A stretch of 64,000 bases of DNA from Christensenellales bacterium (GTDB taxonomy: Bacteria > Bacillota > Clostridia > Christensenellales > CAG-917), in the NCBI GenBank assembly GCA_051883555.1, contig JBJETY010000052.1, forward strand, positions 40,250 to 104,249. Reading direction: 5' to 3'. Shown here one piece after another: positions 57,955 through 64,000 of the stretch (its first letter is position 1; each line of letters opens with the position of its first letter). A program made the position numbers and the translations under genes. The notes under the pieces are model-generated. The model ran no database searches. It had not been told where the DNA came from and saw nothing but the letters and a program-made list of their open reading frames with translations.

Positions 57955-59442
57955 ATGGGATATAATTACGAGAACGTGTGTGCAAATTTTCTTAAAGAAG
58001 TGGCACAGGTCGATAGAGTGGTAGAATTAAAATTGCCGTTGCAGGACGGGAGCAACGTTGCGAAAGTTTTGTCGGTTGTTGCCGACGGCAGAGCTGTTTC
58101 CGCTGTCGCAAATGAAGGGGAAGTGGATTTCAACGGCAGAGTAGCATTTAAACTGACGTATATTTCAGACGACGAACAATTGGGAAGCCTTGATTATTTT
58201 GCGGATTTCGGAGAAAAAATTCTTGCTGACGTAAAACAGGGAAATATAGTAAACGGCATTGCCGAAGTCGTTGAAACGGATATAGTAAGCAACGGAGAAC
58301 TGAAGCTTGCCGCCGTCGTTAAGATTACGATTTATGCGTCGGTTAAAAGCGAAACGGAATGTCTTGTTGAAGCACCTGAAGAGTGTTATGCGGAAAAGGC
58401 AGACGTCGACGTAAAAACTTTTGCCGACTGCGCAAATAAAGAATTGGTGGTAACAGGCGACGACGCTATCGGAGGAGACGTAAAGAAAATCTTGTCAACC
58501 GATTGCGTTGCCGCCGTCAGCGAGCTGAAAACCGGCGACGGAGTTGCGTTTGTCAGCGGCATAGTTTCCGCAAGGGTAACTTATGCAATGGGCGACACGA
58601 TAAAATGTTCCGTTTTTGAAATGCCTTTTTCCGAGGAGGTTGAAATAAACGTAGACGATTTAGGTTCGTTATCCTGCGACGCCGAAGTTAAAAACGTACG
58701 CATAATAATAAGCGGAACGGAGGGCGACAACGTAATAGAAATAGAAGCTTTGGTTGCCATTAAAGTGTGTTCATATCTGACGAAAAAGACAAGCGTGGTA
58801 AAGGACGTGTTTATGCTCGACCGAGAGATTGCCGTTGAAAGAAACAAATTCGAATACTCACAGTTTGATAAAACTTTTATTTTTGACGATAAACTTACGG
58901 ACAGCGCGAAGCTCAGCGAATCCCGTTCGGCGGTAAGAGAGATTTTATCGCCTGTTAACGCAAGCAATAACGTGGCAAGAGTATGGGCGGAAAGCGGAAA
59001 GATTTTTATTGAAGGGCTTATATCCTCCACCGTTATCTACAGCGACGAAAACGGTTTCAATTCGGTTAAGGTGGAAGTGCCTTATTCGACTTCCTTTAAT
59101 GCGGACGTTGTGGGGAACGAGACCTTAAAAGCAAGCGGCGTCGTCACGGAAATTGTTCCGAAAATCAAAAGGGACAGAGAAATCGAATTGACCGCAAAGC
59201 TCAATTTTAAGGTAGAATCGTCGACTGTACGGTCGTTGAATGTAATAACCAACGTAACGGAGGGAGAAATTAAACCTATAAACGAATCGACCGTATCGGT
59301 ATATATCGTATCGGAGGGAGATACTATCTGGGACGTTGCGAAAGCGTTCAGCGCGTCTCCCGACAGAATAACGGCACAAAATAATATCACCGAAAAACTT
59401 GAGGAAGGACAGCGGATAGTATATTTCAGGGCATTGGACTAA
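57955..59442 (+). CDS. DUF3794 (SPOCS) repeat protein with a C-terminal LysM domain
   Basis: GGAGG RBS. C-terminal YIVSEGDTIWDVAKAF...NNI LysM. Position next to veg and ispE matches other Clostridia. Confidence 0.7.
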   Translation: MGYNYENVCANFLKEVAQVDRVVELKLPLQDGSNVAKVLSVVADGRAVSAVANEGEVDFNGRVAFKLTYISDDEQLGSLDYFADFGEKILADVKQGNIVNGIAEVVETDIVSNGELKLAAVVKITIYASVKSETECLVEAPEECYAEKADVDVKTFADCANKELVVTGDDAIGGDVKKILSTDCVAAVSELKTGDGVAFVSGIVSARVTYAMGDTIKCSVFEMPFSEEVEINVDDLGSLSCDAEVKNVRIIISGTEGDNVIEIEALVAIKVCSYLTKKTSVVKDVFMLDREIAVERNKFEYSQFDKTFIFDDKLTDSAKLSESRSAVREILSPVNASNNVARVWAESGKIFIEGLISSTVIYSDENGFNSVKVEVPYSTSFNADVVGNETLKASGVVTEIVPKIKRDREIELTAKLNFKVESSTVRSLNVITNVTEGEIKPINESTVSVYIVSEGDTIWDVAKAFSASPDRITAQNNITEKLEEGQRIVYFRALD

Positions 59443-59805
59443 GCGTTGATGGCTGCCCGTTTTATGCGGACAGCCGTTGATATTAAACGTATGAAGCTGT
59501 CTTAAAAGGTATTTATATAAAAGGATAAATCGTAAAAACGCGGACACTTTTTGTCGAAGTATTATAAAGTGCAGAATACGTTTTGCCGTATGGCTTATTT
59601 AAAATGCGTAGAATATTTTTGCCGTCGTTATAAAAACCGAAAATACGTTGCGGAATGAAAGCCTTACGGAAAACCTTAAAGCGCAGTGCGTCGGTATGCG
59701 TTAAATTTGCAAATCCTTTTAAAAGAAGCTTAAACAAAAATCGACTTTTTGCGACTTATCGTTACAAAAAGCGTTTTAAAAGCATAATAAAATAAAATCA
59801 TATTT

Positions 59806-59836
59806 AAAGCGAAAAGAATTCTTTTCGCTTTTTTTA
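59806..59836 (+). terminator. Orphan plus-strand intrinsic terminator
   Basis: aaagcgaaaag-aatt-cttttcgcttt followed by T-run. No annotated plus-strand gene ends nearby. Confidence 0.6.
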
Positions 59837-59990
59837 TGTTATACTGTTGTGTAGGCGAATTGCCCGCTTATGAACGTGACGTTTTTAAAGGGGGAAGTAA
59901 TAGTTTTAAATTCGCAATCGCTAAAAGACGGAAGCGTCCCTGAAAAGCAAATAACATAAAGGATAGAAAGTCGCAAATTTAAAATCAGAA

Positions 59991-60827
59991 TTGCCGCGAC
60001 TTGGAACGAAAGTGAAAGTTAAAGTAAACGGAAAGATAAACGTAGGTTTGAAAATAACGGGAATAAGAGAAGGGCTGCATACTTTGGACGGACTTTTTCA
60101 TTCGATAGATTTATGCGACGAATTCGATTTTAATTATAACGGAATCGAAGTGACGGACGAAACGGGAGAAACGGATATAGCAAGGTATGGCAAATACGTT
60201 TCGTCCGTGCTTGAAAATTTTAATATAGGCGGTGTAAAAATCGTAAAAAGAATTCCGCTCGGAGGCGGACTCGGCGGAGGAACGACCGTTCTTGTTGCGG
60301 TTGCGACGTATCTCGAGAAGACAAGGGGAAAGGAAATAAACGACGAGTTTTTATTGTCTCTGGGTTCCGACGTGCCGTTTATGTTTAAAGGCGGCTTTGC
60401 AAGAGTCCGGGGCATAGGCGAAAAGACGGAGTTTTTTACGCCGTTGAATTATTTTGCTTTATTAGCAAAGTCCGGCGAAGTTTCGACCGCCGACGCTTAC
60501 AGGTTGCTAGGCGAAAAGGGAAAGTTGCGGTTTGAAATCGACGAAATTATGTCCGGTCTGTTGTCGGGCGATGAAAGAGTTGAAATTAAAAACGATTTAT
60601 TTCCTTCTGCGATTGTTTTAAACGATAAAGTGAAGAAGTTGTCGGAAGAGCTTAGCGGCTACGGACTGCCGTGCTTTATGACGGGAAGCGGCTCGACCGT
60701 TGTAGTCCTTTCTAAAGACAAAGAAAAGCTCGAAAAAATATCGAAGGAAATTTGCACGTGCAAAAACAACGAAAAATTTTTCAAAAAAATTGTCAGTTTT
60801 GAAAAAACAGGCAAAAGTGTGAATTAA
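59991..60827 (+). CDS. ispE: 4-diphosphocytidyl-2-C-methyl-D-erythritol kinase
   Basis: KINVGLKITG N-terminus and GHMP motif PLGGGLGGGTT. The start is uncertain (TTG 59991 or GTG 60012). Confidence 0.75.
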   Translation: MPRLGTKVKVKVNGKINVGLKITGIREGLHTLDGLFHSIDLCDEFDFNYNGIEVTDETGETDIARYGKYVSSVLENFNIGGVKIVKRIPLGGGLGGGTTVLVAVATYLEKTRGKEINDEFLLSLGSDVPFMFKGGFARVRGIGEKTEFFTPLNYFALLAKSGEVSTADAYRLLGEKGKLRFEIDEIMSGLLSGDERVEIKNDLFPSAIVLNDKVKKLSEELSGYGLPCFMTGSGSTVVVLSKDKEKLEKISKEICTCKNNEKFFKKIVSFEKTGKSVN

Positions 60828-60952
60828 AAATTTGCAAATCTTGATAAAATTTAAAAAAAGATAACAAATTTTCTCTCTTCTATTGAATATGATTTTAACT
60901 TTTGTTATAATTAGTAATAAATATTTTCGTAAGATTAAACGGGAGAAACCAA

Positions 60953-62848
60953 ATGGTTAGACAAGAAGACAGTTTTCCAATGTATCTTTTTCACGAAGGT
61001 ACAAACTATGAGGCGCACAAACTTTTTTCGCCTCATCGTGTAAACGAAAACGGAGTTGACGGCTGGTTATTTACTGTATGGGCGCCGAATGCGAAAGGCG
61101 TATCCGTCGTCGGAGATTTCAATAACTGGAATAATAATTCTCATCCTATGAAATGGGTGGATGGCGGAATATGGCAACTTTTTATTCCGCATCTCGAACA
61201 ATACACAACCTATAAGTATGCGGTGACGCAGGCAAGCGGTAAAGTAGTTTTAAAATCCGATCCGTACGGACTTCATTTCGAAACGCCGCCGGCAAACGCT
61301 TCGAAACTTTATGATATTACTCAATATCATTGGAAAGATAACAAGTGGATGCAAAACCGTAAAAACTATAATCCTTTCAGCAGCCCTATGAATATTTACG
61401 AAATTCATTTCGGAAGCTGGAAGAAATATGCCGACGGAAATTTTATTAACTATGAAGCAATGGCGGATGAAATTATTCCTTACGTAAAAAAGATGGGATA
61501 TACTCACATAGAGATTATGCCTCTTACGGAATATCCTTTTGAAGGTTCGTGGGGCTATCAGGTGACGGGTATGTTTGCGCCTACTTCGCGTTACGGCACG
61601 CCTAACGGTCTTATGAATTTTATCGATAAATGCCACCGTAGCGGAATCGGCATTATTCTGGACTGGGTACTTGCGCATTTTCCAAAAGACGAACACGGTC
61701 TTGCAATGTTCGACGGCACGCCGCTTTACGAATATGCCGACCCTAAAAAGGGCGAACATAAAGAATGGGGAACGAAGGTTTACGATTTCGGAAAAAACGA
61801 AGTTAAGTCCTTCCTTATTTCGGCGGCAATGTTCTGGTTCGACGTATATCATATCGACGGAATCCGTTGCGACGCCGTTGCTTCCATGTTATATCTCGAT
61901 TACGGCAGAGAGAAAGGCGAATGGACGCCTAACGCGTTCGGCGGAAATTATAATCTCGAAGCCAAAGATTTTTTGAAACAGTTGAATTCAGCTATTTTAT
62001 CCAAGCATCAGGGCGCTTTGTCAATAGCAGAAGAGTCGACCGCATATCCTATGGTTACGAAACCTGCATACGACGGCGGACTCGGATTCAGTTTTAAATG
62101 GAATATGGGTTGGATGAACGACAGCTTGCATTATCTTGCGCTCGACCCGTTTTTCAGAAAGGACAATCACAACGATTTGACTTTCTCAATCAGTTACGCT
62201 TATTCGGAAAATTATATTTTGCCTATTTCGCATGACGAAGTCGTGCACGGCAAAAAATCCATGATAAATAAAATACCGGGAAGTTATGACGAAAAGTTCG
62301 AAGGCCTTAAAAGTTTCTACGGATATATGATTGCCCATCCGGGAAAGAAACTCATGTTTATGGGTTCCGAGTTCGGACAGTTTATAGAGTGGGATTATAA
62401 AAAAGAATTGGACTGGTTGCTTCTGGATTATCCGAAGCACAGAATGTGTCTTAAATGGGTAAAAGACCTTAATGCTTTTTATTTGGCAAATCCGGCGTTA
62501 TGGCAACTCGATTGTAGTTCGGAAGGCTTTAAATGGATAGTTGTTGACGATTTTAAACAAAACATAATTTCGTTTATCCGTAAAGCTGCAAACGGCGAAT
62601 ACGTAATTTGCATAGTCAATTTCTCGCCTGTAAGACGAAACAAATACGTTATGGGCGTACCTGAAAACGTATCCTATAAAACGGAGCTTATTTCAAGCCT
62701 TAAAAAGTATGGCGGCGACGAAGCAAGACGTCCTACTTTCAAGGCAAACGAAAAGCCGTCGCACGGATATCCTTGTTCGATTAAACTCAACATACCGGCT
62801 AATACAGTTATGTTTTTGAAGCCTGATTATGGTAAGGAGGAGAAATAA
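60953..62848 (+). CDS. glgB: 1,4-alpha-glucan branching enzyme
   Basis: GH13 motifs ([32 protein letters not shown]) and an N-terminal CBM48-like region. Confidence 0.92.
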   Translation: MVRQEDSFPMYLFHEGTNYEAHKLFSPHRVNENGVDGWLFTVWAPNAKGVSVVGDFNNWNNNSHPMKWVDGGIWQLFIPHLEQYTTYKYAVTQASGKVVLKSDPYGLHFETPPANASKLYDITQYHWKDNKWMQNRKNYNPFSSPMNIYEIHFGSWKKYADGNFINYEAMADEIIPYVKKMGYTHIEIMPLTEYPFEGSWGYQVTGMFAPTSRYGTPNGLMNFIDKCHRSGIGIILDWVLAHFPKDEHGLAMFDGTPLYEYADPKKGEHKEWGTKVYDFGKNEVKSFLISAAMFWFDVYHIDGIRCDAVASMLYLDYGREKGEWTPNAFGGNYNLEAKDFLKQLNSAILSKHQGALSIAEESTAYPMVTKPAYDGGLGFSFKWNMGWMNDSLHYLALDPFFRKDNHNDLTFSISYAYSENYILPISHDEVVHGKKSMINKIPGSYDEKFEGLKSFYGYMIAHPGKKLMFMGSEFGQFIEWDYKKELDWLLLDYPKHRMCLKWVKDLNAFYLANPALWQLDCSSEGFKWIVVDDFKQNIISFIRKAANGEYVICIVNFSPVRRNKYVMGVPENVSYKTELISSLKKYGGDEARRPTFKANEKPSHGYPCSIKLNIPANTVMFLKPDYGKEEK

Positions 62849-64000
62849 AATGAACCGAATGAAAAAGGAATGTGTCGCAATGCTGCTTGCCGGCGGACAG
62901 GGCACAAGACTCGGAGTGTTAACAAATGACGTTGCAAAACCGGCAGTACCGTTTGGGGCGAAATACCGCATTATCGATTTTCCGCTTTCAAATTGCGTAA
63001 ACTCAGGAATAGACACGATAGGTGTTCTTACGCAGTATCGTCCGTTCGAATTGCATCAGTATATCGGTAACGGACAGCCGTGGGATCTCGACAGACTTAA
63101 CGGCGGTATATTTGTCCTTCCTCCGTTTATGAGAGCAAAGTCGGGTGAATGGTATAAGGGTACGGCGAACGCTATATATCAGAATATCGATTTTATCGAC
63201 CGTTACGACCCTGAGTACGTTGTGCTTTTAAGCGGCGACCATATCTATAAGATGGATTATGCGGATATGCTTAAACTTCACAAAAAAGAACATGCCGACT
63301 GTACGATAGCCGTACTCGACGTTCCTATCGAAGAAGCGTCAAGATTCGGCATAATGAATCTTAACGAAAAAGGTGAGATTTACGAATTCGAAGAAAAACC
63401 TAAGCAGCCTAAAAGCACTAAGGCTTCTATGGGTATTTACATATTCACCTGGGAGAAACTCAGAAAGTATCTTATTGAAGACGAAGAGGATAAGACGTCG
63501 GAAAACGATTTCGGTAAGAACATAATTCCTAAGATGCTTGCCGACAATCAGAAGATGATAGCCTATCAGTTTGACGGATACTGGAAAGACGTCGGAACGA
63601 TTTCTTCGCTTTGGGAAGCAAATATGGACATTCTCCACGGAAACAGCGGACTTAATCTTGGCGACGACAAGTGGAAAATTTATTGCAGGAACACGGCTGA
63701 ACCGCCACACTACGTTTCGGACAGCGCAACGATAACCGAATCTCTTGCAACGGAAGGCGCAATGATTTACGGCACCGTAAAAAATTCCGTTCTGTTCGGT
63801 TCGGTAACGATTGGCAAAGGCGCGTACGTTGAAGGAGCCATAATAATGCCTAATGCGGTTATCGAAGAAGGCGCAGACGTAAGATACTCGATTGTCGGCT
63901 GGAATGCCGTAGTCGGAAAAAAAGCAAAGGTCGGAGAAACACAACCGCCTTCAAAAGCGGGCGAATGGAAAATCAGCGTTATTGCTCCGAACTATAAGGT
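62849..64000 (+). CDS. glgC: Glucose-1-phosphate adenylyltransferase (3' end outside window)
   Basis: [24 protein letters not shown]...[21 protein letters not shown]. The frame is open to the window end. It is absent from the ORF track because it has no stop in the window. Confidence 0.9.

Overview
The window reads as a chromosomal, mostly housekeeping segment of a spore-forming Firmicute (Clostridia-like, AT-leaning). It holds about 50 protein genes and no rRNA, tRNA, CRISPR array, integrase, transposase or recognisable defence genes. Confident calls, left to right: mfd (5' end outside the window), yabP-yabQ, a short alaS coupled to a PHP phosphatase, and rex coupled to an APH-like kinase. 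Next come a metallophosphoesterase and CDF transporter, a tandem MreB-like pair, and an Ldh_2 oxidoreductase with malic enzyme. These are followed by archaeal-type proS, a U32 peptidase with an ECF S-component, uracil permease with upp, an SDR, and type III glutamine synthetase heading a three-gene operon. The right half carries greA-lysS, an M1 peptidase, a cwlD-like amidase, an M20 dipeptidase, radC, gltX, an S8 protease, veg, a DUF3794/LysM spore-coat-like protein, ispE and glgB-glgC (3' end outside the window). There are also several large lipoproteins of unknown function. I found no clear-cut novel system. The most unusual items are: (1) a stand-alone tandem pair of divergent MreB-family actins behind an 890-bp non-coding region with a long leader; (2) a coupled HxxxDG acyltransferase and zinc-ribbon membrane protein pair; (3) a GS-III / degenerate M28-like membrane protein / EIIC-like permease operon; (4) a 597-aa AlaRS lacking the C-terminal domain; (5) a complete promoter-SD-sORF-terminator mini-gene upstream of the uracil permease; (6) a zinc-ribbon protein with an extreme polyacidic tail; (7) locus-specific degenerate short-period tandem arrays (13, 14.5, 16-17, 36 and 38 bp) in many intergenic spacers, often just 3' of terminators. 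All functional calls rest on motif recognition by eye, and no database search was possible.
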